From NCBI RefSeq assembly GCF_000023965.1, contig NC_013202.1, positions 720,001 through 752,000 of the forward strand: a stretch of 32,000 nucleotides of DNA. The letters are read 5' to 3'. The notes under the pieces were generated by a model that was given only the letters and a program-made list of their open reading frames with translations, was not told where the DNA came from and searched no databases. The position numbers and the translations under genes were made by a program. The stretch comes from Halomicrobium mukohataei DSM 12286 (GTDB lineage: Archaea > Halobacteriota > Halobacteria > Halobacteriales > Haloarculaceae). Below, one piece after another: positions 1-8,224 of this stretch (position 1 is the first letter of the stretch; each line of letters opens with the position of its first letter).

Positions 1-85
1 GGCGTTCGGGCTGGAGAGCGGCGAGCGCGCCGCGGTGTTCCAGGACGCCAGTTACAGCGAGATCAGGAGCGAGTGGTGGGAGTAG
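1..85 (+). CDS. 3' end of an unidentified protein-coding gene (partial, enters from upstream of the window)
   Basis: The frame starting at nt 2 reads AFGLESGERAAVFQDASYSEIRSEWWE, then TAG at 83-85. 26 of 27 codons end in G/C, the same third-position bias as the confident genes here. Too short to name. Confidence 0.4.
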   Translation, partial: AFGLESGERAAVFQDASYSEIRSEWWE

Positions 86-123
86 GGTTCCGAGGAGCAG
101 CGGCCGACCAGGGACAGACACTG

Positions 124-204
124 ATACGGATTATTGTAGCGATTTACCGGTGATCGTCTACTCCGTGGCGACGATCACCGGTAAGCAACTACAAGAAACC
201 GTAT
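124..204. repeat. 81-bp imperfect palindromic element, copy 1 (MITE-like)
   Basis: ATACGGATTATTGTAGCGATTTACCGGTGATCGTC / 11-nt loop TACTCCGTGGC / GACGATCACCGGTAAGCAACTACAAGAAACCGTAT. The 35-nt arms pair at 29/35 positions. Its reverse complement matches 29743-29823 at 80/81 positions. It is AT-richer than its surroundings and lies between convergent gene ends. Confidence 0.8.
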
Positions 205-333
205 GAAAGACTCGTTGCACTCGTCTTTCACGCCCCCACTCACTTCGTTCGTCAGGACACCGAAAGGGCGAGCCGAGAGCTTTCGGTGCGTCGGTAGCAA
301 TCGCACCCCTCGCCAGAGACCTCCGAGACGAGA

Positions 334-1182
334 TTACTCCACGAGCCGTTCGATCTCGGTGACCAGCACGTCGCTCGCGCCCACGTCCTTGAGCGCGGTG
401 ATCGTCTCGAACACGTCGGCGTCGTCGACGACGGCGTGGACGGCCACGTCGTCGCTGCCGGCGATGTCCATCACCGTCGGCCCGCCCATGCCGGGCAGGA
501 CGTCCTTCACGTCGTCCAGGGCCTCCTCGGGAGCGTTCATCATGAGGTAGCGCTTGCCCTCAGCGGAGATGACCGACGCGAGGGCGGTCTCGACCTGGCC
601 GACCTTCTGGTCGTCGGCGACCTCCTCGCGGGCGAACAGGCGGACCGACGAGTCCAGCACCTCGTCGACGATCTCCAGACGGTTCATCCGCAGGGTCGTC
701 CCCGTCGAGGTGATGTCGACGATGCCGTCGGCGATGTCGACGTGGGGCGTGAGCTCGGTCGCACCCGAGACCTCCGTGATCGAAACGTCCACGTCCATCT
801 CCTCGAAGTACCGGCGCGTGACGTTGGGGAACTCCGTGGCGACGCGACCCCCCTCGAAGTCGTACACCGTCTCGACGGCGTCGTCTTCGGGCGCGGCAAG
901 CACCAGCCGACACGAGCCGAAGTCCAGATCGAGCAGCTCGGTGAGGTTGTCGGGACCGGCCTCTCGGACCTGGTCGAGTCCGGTGATGCCCACGTCGGCC
1001 GCGCCGTCGGCGACGTACTCGGGGATGTCGGCGGCGCGGGCGTAGAGAATCGTCACGTCGGGATCGACCGTCTCGGCGTAGAGCTGACGGTCGGCTCCGT
1101 CGACGACGTGGAGCCCCGCCCGTTCCAGCAGGTCGACCGACGGATCGTGCAGACGGCCCTTGTTGGGGACGGCGATGCGCAT
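334..1182 (-). CDS. hisG: ATP phosphoribosyltransferase, long form
   Basis: 282-aa product from the internal ATG (cat at 1180-1182): [24 protein letters not shown]...[20 protein letters not shown]...[13 protein letters not shown]..., plus a C-terminal regulatory-domain-like tail. The 72-codon N-terminal extension in the ORF track is Arg/Cys-rich and was not used. Confidence 0.9.
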   Translation of the reverse strand: MRIAVPNKGRLHDPSVDLLERAGLHVVDGADRQLYAETVDPDVTILYARAADIPEYVADGAADVGITGLDQVREAGPDNLTELLDLDFGSCRLVLAAPEDDAVETVYDFEGGRVATEFPNVTRRYFEEMDVDVSITEVSGATELTPHVDIADGIVDITSTGTTLRMNRLEIVDEVLDSSVRLFAREEVADDQKVGQVETALASVISAEGKRYLMMNAPEEALDDVKDVLPGMGGPTVMDIAGSDDVAVHAVVDDADVFETITALKDVGASDVLVTEIERLVE

Positions 1183-1282
1183 ACCGACACCTCGCCGGCC
1201 CGCCGCAATTGCTTTTCCCTTCGAGAGAATCGTGTGAGACGGCAGCTCACACGCGGGGAATGGGCCGCGGCGGTTCGTCGAA

Positions 1283-1813
1283 TCACAAATCCCTCGCCAA
1301 TTCGTCGATCCGGTCGGCTCGGTCATCGGCTGCGCTGTCCCGCTCGATGACTGCCGCCATCGCACGACGGGACGCCGACAGCCTGCTTTCGTCGACATCG
1401 AGTTGCTCGACGGTGTCGAGTGCCCGTTCGAGGACGTCGGCAGTCTCCGCCGGCTCCGCGGCGAGCGATCGTGCGCGTGCCGCCCAGAGTGCGTCGGGAG
1501 TACCGTCCCCAGCGCGGAGACACCACCGGCAAACGCGTTGGGACAGGGCCACCGCTTGCTGCCCGAATGCGCTGTGGATCGCCGCTTCAGCGTCAGACGG
1601 GGCCTCAGCCGTCAGTTGCTCGATTTCGTCGACCCGTGCAGCGAGGATGCTGGCCGCTTCGCGCATGTCGTCGACCGCCGGATCGTCAGTAGCGACCGAT
1701 TCGAGGCGGTCCGCCAACTCCCGCAGGCGTGCAGCGAGCGTTGCGGTATCCCCTTCCGAACCAGTCTCCCGAAGGCGATCGCAGCACTGCACAACTGCGT
1801 GGCGGTCGTTCAT
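1283..1813 (-). CDS. hypothetical acidic, predicted helical protein (176 aa)
   Basis: ORF 1283..1903 trimmed to the ATG at 1811-1813 ([18 protein letters not shown]...). Composition is Ala/Asp/Glu/Arg-rich and it sits directly upstream of hisG on the same strand. No family recognised. Confidence 0.5.
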   Translation of the reverse strand: MNDRHAVVQCCDRLRETGSEGDTATLAARLRELADRLESVATDDPAVDDMREAASILAARVDEIEQLTAEAPSDAEAAIHSAFGQQAVALSQRVCRWCLRAGDGTPDALWAARARSLAAEPAETADVLERALDTVEQLDVDESRLSASRRAMAAVIERDSAADDRADRIDELARDL

Positions 1814-1971
1814 AGCAGTGATACAGAGTCTCTCGATTGAAATCCGTTCGGGTGCGCGCACCTTCGCCAGGCCGACGAAGGCTGGCGACGTGTACTGTGA
1901 CACCCTCGTTCCCGTCCCGCGTCACGAGCGAAGGCGGTGGATTCAGGCACCCGCGGACAGAAGCCCCGAGC

Positions 1972-3270
1972 ATGAGTGAACTCCTCGTTTCCGGCGGGCG
2001 GGTCCTCCGACCGGACCTGACCGTCGAACGCGCGGACGTACTGGTCGATCAGGACAGCGGCGACGTCGCGGCCGTCGGCGAGCCCGGCGCGCTCTCCGGC
2101 GACGACGAGCTGGACGCCAGCGAGGGACTGGTCGTGCCGGGGCTGGTCAACGCCCACACGCACGTGGCGATGACGCTGTTGCGGGGGTACGCCGACGACA
2201 AGCCACTGGACGCGTGGCTGCAAGAGGACATCTGGCCAGTCGAGGCGGAGTTGACCCCGAAGGACGTGCGGGCCGGTGCCGAACTCGGCCTGGTCGAGAT
2301 GATCAAATCCGGGACGACGGCGCTCTCGGACATGTACTTCCACGTCGACGAGATCGCCGGGGCCGTCGAGCAGGCCGGCCTGCGGGCCGTGCTGGGCCAC
2401 ACCGCGGTCACCGTCGGCAAGGACGAGGCGGACGCACGCGAGGACGTCCAGCAGAGCCTCGACGTGGCCGAGCGCCTCGACGGCGCGGCCGACGGGCGAA
2501 TTCGGACGACCTTCCAGCCCCACTCGCTGACGACCGTCGGGGAGGAGCTCCTCCGGGAGTTCGTCCCCGCGGCGAACGACGCCGGCCGGCCGATCCACCT
2601 GCACGCCAACGAGACGAGCGACGAGGTCGGCCCGATCGTCGACGAGCACGGCAAGCGGCCACTGGAGTACGCCGACGACCTGGGGGTGCTGGGTCCGGAC
2701 ACCTGGATCGCCCACGGCGTCCACGTCGACGAGCGAGAGATCGAGTTGCTGGCCGACACCGACACCGGCGTCGCCCACTGCCCGGCCTCGAACATGAAGC
2801 TCGCCAGCGGGATGGCACCCGTCCAGGAGCTGCTCGATGCCGGGGTCACGGTCGGGCTGGGGACGGACGGCGCGGCCTCGAACAACGACCTCTCGATGTT
2901 CGACGAGATGCGCGACGCCGCGATGATCGGCAAGCTCGCCGCCGAGGACGCGAGCGCGATGGCGGCAGCGAGCGTCGTCGAGATCGCCACGGCCGGCGGG
3001 GCCGAACTGCTCGGGTTCGACAGCGGGCGGATCGAAGCGGGCGCGAACGCCGACCTCGCCGTGGTCGACCTCGACCAGCCACACCTGACGCCGGCCCACG
3101 ACCTCGTGAGCCACCTCGTCTACGCCGCCAGCGGGAGCGACGTGCGCCACACCGTCTGTGACGGAACGGTCCTGATGCGCGACCGGGACGTGAAACCGTT
3201 CGACGAAGCGACTGTCGTCGAGCGTGCAGACGAGCACGCGACGGCGCTGGTCGGGCGCGCGACGGAGTAG
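1972..3270 (+). CDS. mtaD: amidohydrolase of the 5-methylthioadenosine/S-adenosylhomocysteine deaminase type
   Basis: 432 aa from ATG 1972 (MSELLVSGGRVL...). It carries metal-dependent hydrolase motifs: GLVNAHTHVAMTLLRG (HxH), IHLHANET, AHGVH and GLGTDGAASNNDL. Overall similarity is to the MtaD/DadD-type deaminase family. The substrate is inferred, not shown. Confidence 0.75.
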   Translation: MSELLVSGGRVLRPDLTVERADVLVDQDSGDVAAVGEPGALSGDDELDASEGLVVPGLVNAHTHVAMTLLRGYADDKPLDAWLQEDIWPVEAELTPKDVRAGAELGLVEMIKSGTTALSDMYFHVDEIAGAVEQAGLRAVLGHTAVTVGKDEADAREDVQQSLDVAERLDGAADGRIRTTFQPHSLTTVGEELLREFVPAANDAGRPIHLHANETSDEVGPIVDEHGKRPLEYADDLGVLGPDTWIAHGVHVDEREIELLADTDTGVAHCPASNMKLASGMAPVQELLDAGVTVGLGTDGAASNNDLSMFDEMRDAAMIGKLAAEDASAMAAASVVEIATAGGAELLGFDSGRIEAGANADLAVVDLDQPHLTPAHDLVSHLVYAASGSDVRHTVCDGTVLMRDRDVKPFDEATVVERADEHATALVGRATE

Positions 3271-3408
3271 CGGCGACCGCCGGGCGGAGTTAAACGACCA
3301 GGGGCGTTTTTAAACGTTCTCGCGCAGTCTGAGAGAGTTTCGAACGTCGCCGAACTGACTGAACCGGATTCGGGGTTTATGCCGGTGTTAGCACACGTCT
3401 CTGGTACG

Positions 3409-4224
3409 ATGCGCACCGAACTATTCGCACTGGCGATGGCCGTCACGCTGGTCGGGGCCGCAGTCGGCCCCGGCGTCGTGGCGGCCGACGACGAGGCCGG
3501 GAACGCGGCGCTGTCGGTCAGTGTCGCACAGGACGAGGACGTGACGATCAGCGTCACGGCAAACGACAGCGCCGTCGAGAACGCCACCGTCGACGTGGGT
3601 GGCGAAGAGGGGAGTTCCTACGAGGGAATCGGGTCGTACACGACCGACGACGACGGGGAGGTAGAGCTGGACTCGCCCGAGGCCAACGTGACGATCTCGG
3701 TCACCGCGACCGCCGACAACCGGACGGCCACGACGACGGCCGACCTGCTCGGCGAGGAGTACCTCGTCGAGAATCAGACGAGCGCCTTCGGCCAGCAGGT
3801 GTCTGCCTACGTCCAGTCGCTGCTGGACGGTGATCGACGCCACATCGGTCCGCAGGTCGCCGCCTTCGTCCAGGCGAACAACCCCGGCAACGCACCCGCC
3901 CACGCGGGTCCGCCCGAACACGCCGGTCCCGACCACGAGAACGAGACCGGAGACGACAACGAGACGGCATTCGAGAACGAGACCGACGAGGACGAGCGCG
4001 GCCCGCCCGAACACGCCGGTCCCGACCGCGAGAACGAGACTGACGAAGACGAGCGCGGCCCGCCAGAGCACGCCGGTCCCGACGCGGAGGAAGACGCGAC
4101 CGACGACGAAGCGTCCGAGACCGACGACGAAGCAGAAACTGAGGAGTCGGAAGACGAAGAAGACGGAGCGGAGAGTGACGACGACGGCGGTCCGCCGGAC
4201 CACGCCAACGCGGGCGGCAACTGA
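3409..4224 (+). CDS. secreted, highly acidic repeat protein with many N-glycosylation sequons
   Basis: Signal-peptide-like N-terminus MRTELFALAMAVTLVGAAVGPGVVAADDE. Multiple NxS/T sequons (NDS, NAT, NVT, NRT, NQT, NET). The motif GPPEHAGPD occurs three times. An alternative ATG lies at 3379; TTTAT at 3376-3380 sits about 30 nt upstream of 3409. Confidence 0.65.
   Translation: MRTELFALAMAVTLVGAAVGPGVVAADDEAGNAALSVSVAQDEDVTISVTANDSAVENATVDVGGEEGSSYEGIGSYTTDDDGEVELDSPEANVTISVTATADNRTATTTADLLGEEYLVENQTSAFGQQVSAYVQSLLDGDRRHIGPQVAAFVQANNPGNAPAHAGPPEHAGPDHENETGDDNETAFENETDEDERGPPEHAGPDRENETDEDERGPPEHAGPDAEEDATDDEASETDDEAETEESEDEEDGAESDDDGGPPDHANAGGN
3973..4086 (+). repeat. two tandem 57-nt in-frame repeats (ENETDEDERGPPEHAGPD x2) inside CDS 3409..4224
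   Basis: Units at 3973-4029 and 4030-4086 are near-identical at nucleotide level. A more degenerate third GPPEHAGPD motif lies just upstream. Confidence 0.8.
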
Positions 4225-4269
4225 TCCCGGTTCGGTAGCGTTTTCAGCGGCCTGCTCTTTATGTAGGGT

Positions 4270-5547
4270 ATGACTGACCCCATTACCGCGCGACTCGACG
4301 ACCCGGCCACGGCCCGCGAGGAGGGCCGCCGCAAGATGGACTGGGCCGTCCAGCACATGCCGATCATGGCGTCGCTCCGGGAGTCCTTCGAGGCCGACCA
4401 GCCCTTCGCGGGCGAGCGCATCGGCATGGCGATGCACGTCGAAGCCAAGACCGCCGTCCTGGCCGAAGTGCTGGCCGCCGGTGGGGCCGAGGTGGCGATG
4501 ACCGGTTGTAACCCGCTGTCGACCCACGACGACGTTTCGGCCGCGCTAGACGCCGTCGAGGGCGTCACCTGCTACGCCGAACGCGGCGTCGACGACGAGG
4601 AGTACTACGCCGCCATCGAGGCGGTCATCGACCACGAGCCGACGATCACCGTCGACGACGGGATGGACCTCGTGGCGGCGATCCACGAGGACTATCCCGA
4701 GCTGATCGACACCATCGTCGGCGGCGCAGAAGAGACGACGACCGGGGTCCACCGCCTGCGCGCGATGGACGACGACGGCGCGCTGGAGTACCCCGTCTTC
4801 GCCGTCAACGACACGCCGATGAAGCGACTGTTCGACAACGTCCACGGCACCGGCGAGTCCTCGCTCGCGTCGATCGCGATGACGACGAACCTCTCGTGGG
4901 CAGGCAAGACCGTCGTCGTCGCCGGCTACGGGAACTGCGGGAAAGGCGTCGCAAAGAAGGCCAGCGGCCAGAACGCGGACGTGATCGTCACTGAGGTCGA
5001 GCCTCGCCGCGCCCTGGAGGCCCACATGGAAGGCTACGACGTGATGCCGATGGCCGAGGCCGCCGCCGAGGGCGACGTGTTCATCACGACGACGGGCAAC
5101 CGCGACGTGATCGTCGAAGAGCACTTCGAAGCGATGCAGGACGGCGTCCTGTTGGCCAACGCCGGCCACTTCGACGTGGAGGTCGACCTCAACGCACTCT
5201 CGGCGCTGGCCGTCGACACGTACGAGGCCCGCGACGGCGTCCGGGCCTACGAGATGGCCGACGGTCGCCGACTGAACGTCCTCGCAGAGGGGCGACTCGT
5301 CAACCTCGCGACCCCGATCGCGCTGGGCCACCCCGTCGAAGTGATGGACCAGTCGTTCGGCATCCAGGCCGTCTGTGTCCGGGAACTGGTCGAGCGCGGC
5401 GAGGCGTACGCGGCCGGCGTCCACGACGTGCCCGACGAACTGGACAGGGAGGTCGCGGAGATCAAACTCGACGCGGAAGGCGTCGACTTCGACTCGCTGA
5501 CCGAGAGCCAGGCCGAGTACATGGACTCCTGGCAGCACGGGACGTAG
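4270..5547 (+). CDS. ahcY: adenosylhomocysteinase (S-adenosyl-L-homocysteine hydrolase family)
   Basis: 425 aa. EGRRKMDWAVQHMPIM, AMHVEAKTAVL, TGCNPLSTHDDV, EETTTGVHRL, the NAD-binding VVVAGYGNCGKGVA, and GHFDVEVD match the AhcY family along the full length. Confidence 0.9.
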   Translation: MTDPITARLDDPATAREEGRRKMDWAVQHMPIMASLRESFEADQPFAGERIGMAMHVEAKTAVLAEVLAAGGAEVAMTGCNPLSTHDDVSAALDAVEGVTCYAERGVDDEEYYAAIEAVIDHEPTITVDDGMDLVAAIHEDYPELIDTIVGGAEETTTGVHRLRAMDDDGALEYPVFAVNDTPMKRLFDNVHGTGESSLASIAMTTNLSWAGKTVVVAGYGNCGKGVAKKASGQNADVIVTEVEPRRALEAHMEGYDVMPMAEAAAEGDVFITTTGNRDVIVEEHFEAMQDGVLLANAGHFDVEVDLNALSALAVDTYEARDGVRAYEMADGRRLNVLAEGRLVNLATPIALGHPVEVMDQSFGIQAVCVRELVERGEAYAAGVHDVPDELDREVAEIKLDAEGVDFDSLTESQAEYMDSWQHGT

Positions 5548-5666
5548 GCCGGTCTCGCGCGCAGTTTGGACGAACCCGCCGAGCGACGGGCAGACGAAGC
5601 TTCCGTACGACCAGATCGTGAAACAGGTCAGTGGGAACTAAGTTCTGACCGTCGTAGAGAGTGGCA

Positions 5667-6371
5667 ATGAAGCTCGGTATTCTATCAGACGTTCACGGAA
5701 ACGAGGTCGCACTACAGGCCGTCCTCGCGGACATGCCCAGCGTCGACGGACTGGTGTGTGCCGGGGACGTGGTGGGGTACAATCCGTGGCACGCAGCGTG
5801 TGTCGACGCGATCGCAGCGCCAGAGAGCGGGCCGATCGCAGACAGCGACGCCGCGTTGCTCGACGGAACGGTCCCGACGGTACAGGGCAACCACGACCGG
5901 GCCGTCGCGACGGACCACGCCCCACGCTTCAACCACATGGCGGCGGCCGCCGTCGACCACGCCCGCGACCAGCTGACCGACGACCAGCTGGCGTGGCTCG
6001 ACGGCTTGCCGACAGAGCGCCGCGTGCTCGACGGGCGAGTGAAGATCGTCCACGGCCACCCGGACGACCCCGACCACTACACCCGGCCGGGTGAGTTCGG
6101 GCCGGACCTGCTGGGAGACGAGGACGCGCTGATCATGGGCCACACCCACGTCCAGCACCACGAACGCTACGACGACGGGATCGTCCTGAACCCCGGGAGC
6201 GTCGGCCAGCCACGGGACGACGACCCGACGGCGGCCTACGCCGTGCTCGACGTGGCCGAGGGGACCGTCGAGGAGCGACGCGTCGACTACGACACGGACG
6301 CGGTCATCCGGGCAGTCGAGGACGCCGGGCTACCGCGACAGATCGGGTTCCGGCTGACACAGGGGCGATAA
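5667..6371 (+). CDS. metallophosphoesterase (YfcE/MJ0936-like calcineurin-fold phosphodiesterase)
   Basis: MKLGILSDVHGN, CAGDVVGY, QGNHD, VHGHPDD and GHTHVQ are the canonical metallophosphoesterase motifs. The ORF track begins at GTG 5661; ATG 5667 is preferred. Confidence 0.8.
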   Translation: MKLGILSDVHGNEVALQAVLADMPSVDGLVCAGDVVGYNPWHAACVDAIAAPESGPIADSDAALLDGTVPTVQGNHDRAVATDHAPRFNHMAAAAVDHARDQLTDDQLAWLDGLPTERRVLDGRVKIVHGHPDDPDHYTRPGEFGPDLLGDEDALIMGHTHVQHHERYDDGIVLNPGSVGQPRDDDPTAAYAVLDVAEGTVEERRVDYDTDAVIRAVEDAGLPRQIGFRLTQGR

Positions 6372-6396
6372 GTCGAAAGTCACACAGCCGACGGCT

Positions 6397-7575
6397 TCAG
6401 AACACGTCCTGAACGAGCGAGAGGGCCTGCTCTCGGTCCGACCACGGGACGAACACGGACACCGAGGTGGCGGAGGTGATCACGTCGTAGAGGTTGATGT
6501 GAGCGTCCGAGAGCGGGTCGATCACGCGCTTGACGATGCCCGGCTGGTTCGGCAGCTCACCGCCCGTGACGCGGACGACGGCGATGTCGTCCTCGACGGT
6601 GACACTGGAGAGGGTGTCGTCGTCGACGACGTGATCGTGCAAGAGCGCCTCCGCGTCGTCGGCGTGGTCGGTGTCGACGTAGAAGGTGATCGAGTCCATC
6701 CCGGAGGAGACGCCGTCGATGTTGATCCCCTCGTCGCCAAGCGCCGTCGAGAGTTCGCCGAGGATGCCCGGACTGTTTCGGATCGCGCGGCCGGCGATAG
6801 TGACACAGCAGAGGCGCTCTTCCTGGAGGTCGATGAGGTTCTGAAATTCGCCCTCGATCGAGGTGCCCCCGGTCAGCAGGTCGCCGTGCTGGTAGTGGAC
6901 GACGCGGACGCCCAGATCGCGGTCCTTGTACGACAGCGCCGAGGGCGCGACGACCTCGGCACCGCGAAAGGAGAGCGAACGCAGTTCGTCGACGGAGATC
7001 TCGCCGACGTTGCGTGCCCCTTCGACGACGCGGGGGTCGCCCGTCATGACGCCTTCCACGTCCGTGACGATGACGACCTCGTCGGCGTCCATGTACTTGC
7101 CCAGCATCACCGCCGAGGTGTCCGAGCCCCCCCGCCCCAGCGTGGTGACGTTGCCCGCGAGGTCCTGTGCGAGAAAGCCCGTGACGACCGGCACCACGTC
7201 CTCCAGCTGGCCGGCCAGCGCGTGAGCCCGCTTGGTCGTCTCCTCGACGTCGACCTCGCCGTACTCGTCGGTGATGATCGGCCAGTGCTCGCTCCCCGGT
7301 TCGAGGAACATCGCCTCGACGCCCCGGGCCGCGAGCGCGCCCTTGAGCATCCGGACGGAGGTGCGCTCGCCCATGCTGACGATCTGTGCGCGGTCCTCGG
7401 GCTCGGCGTCGTACTCGATCTCTTCGAGGAGTTCGTCCGTCGTGTTCCCCATCGCGCTGGCGACGACGGCGACCTCGTGGCCGTTCTCGATGGCCGACGC
7501 GATCGAGTCCGCGGCCCGGTTGATCCGCTCGCCGTTGCCAAGGCTCGTCCCGCCGAACTTGGCGACTACGCGCAT
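6397..7575 (-). CDS. lysC: aspartate kinase
   Basis: 392 aa from the ATG (cat at 7573-7575): MRVVAKFGGTSLGNGERI..., AVVASAMGNTTDEL, GRGGSDTSAV. The C-terminal half resembles tandem ACT regulatory domains. Confidence 0.88.
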   Translation of the reverse strand: MRVVAKFGGTSLGNGERINRAADSIASAIENGHEVAVVASAMGNTTDELLEEIEYDAEPEDRAQIVSMGERTSVRMLKGALAARGVEAMFLEPGSEHWPIITDEYGEVDVEETTKRAHALAGQLEDVVPVVTGFLAQDLAGNVTTLGRGGSDTSAVMLGKYMDADEVVIVTDVEGVMTGDPRVVEGARNVGEISVDELRSLSFRGAEVVAPSALSYKDRDLGVRVVHYQHGDLLTGGTSIEGEFQNLIDLQEERLCCVTIAGRAIRNSPGILGELSTALGDEGINIDGVSSGMDSITFYVDTDHADDAEALLHDHVVDDDTLSSVTVEDDIAVVRVTGGELPNQPGIVKRVIDPLSDAHINLYDVITSATSVSVFVPWSDREQALSLVQDVF

Positions 7576-7693
7576 GCTACCACCCTGATCGTGCGTACGT
7601 GACTCATTACCCGAGCCGTAGCCCATGGTCGGGGATAACTGTGTTCATCTGGCGCGGCACACGGTTTATTTGCGTTCGCACCGACACTCCGGT

Positions 7694-8116
7694 ATGGAGA
7701 TCCGGGACGCCGTCGAGGCCGACGCCGAGCGCATGGCCGAACTATCGGGGAGCCCGCCGGACGTGATGCGCAACCTCGTCCACGACCGGACGGTACGGGT
7801 CGCGGAGACACCGGCCGACGGGGACGAGGAAGACGGGCCGGCGGTGACGGGGTTCGTCAGCTTCGACGCCCGCGAGAGTACGGTCCACGTGACACAGATC
7901 GGCGGCAGCGAGAAGGCTTGCGCCCGCCTGATCGACGAGCCGGTCAGTTTCGCGCGGCGGGAGGGAATGAACGTCGAGGTCCTCCTCACCGCGGACGAGG
8001 AGGCGGCACGGACCGCAATCGAGGACGCCGGGTTCGAGGACGAGGGCCCCGGGCCACAGTTCGAGGGCCAGCCGACGACCCGCTACCGACTCGAACCCGG
8101 TCGCGCTCGCCAGTAA
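7694..8116 (+). CDS. GNAT-family N-acetyltransferase (140 aa)
   Basis: From ATG 7694: MEIRDAVEADAERMAEL..., GFVSFDARESTVHVTQIGG, then ARLIDEPVSFARREGMNVEVLL...AARTAIEDAGFEDEG. This is the usual GNAT layout. Substrate unknown. Confidence 0.6.
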   Translation: MEIRDAVEADAERMAELSGSPPDVMRNLVHDRTVRVAETPADGDEEDGPAVTGFVSFDARESTVHVTQIGGSEKACARLIDEPVSFARREGMNVEVLLTADEEAARTAIEDAGFEDEGPGPQFEGQPTTRYRLEPGRARQ

Positions 8117-8224
8117 CACCGCGAACCGTTCTCCGCAACGGATTCGAGACGAGTATGAGAACCCCGCTGCGGTGATCCGCCGCAGGGCCCGCCGATCAGT
8201 GGACGGAAGACGCGACGAGAGGGG

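Noticed and set aside
334-1398. N-terminally extended ORF-track models (334..1398, 1837.., 16270.., 19776.., 23247..25055, 27390..29069, 29832..)
   Set aside because: In each case the recognisable protein family begins at an internal ATG, or at a GTG for 15789..16292. The upstream extension is Arg-rich, overlaps the neighbouring gene or promoter, or is an out-of-frame read-through of the preceding gene.
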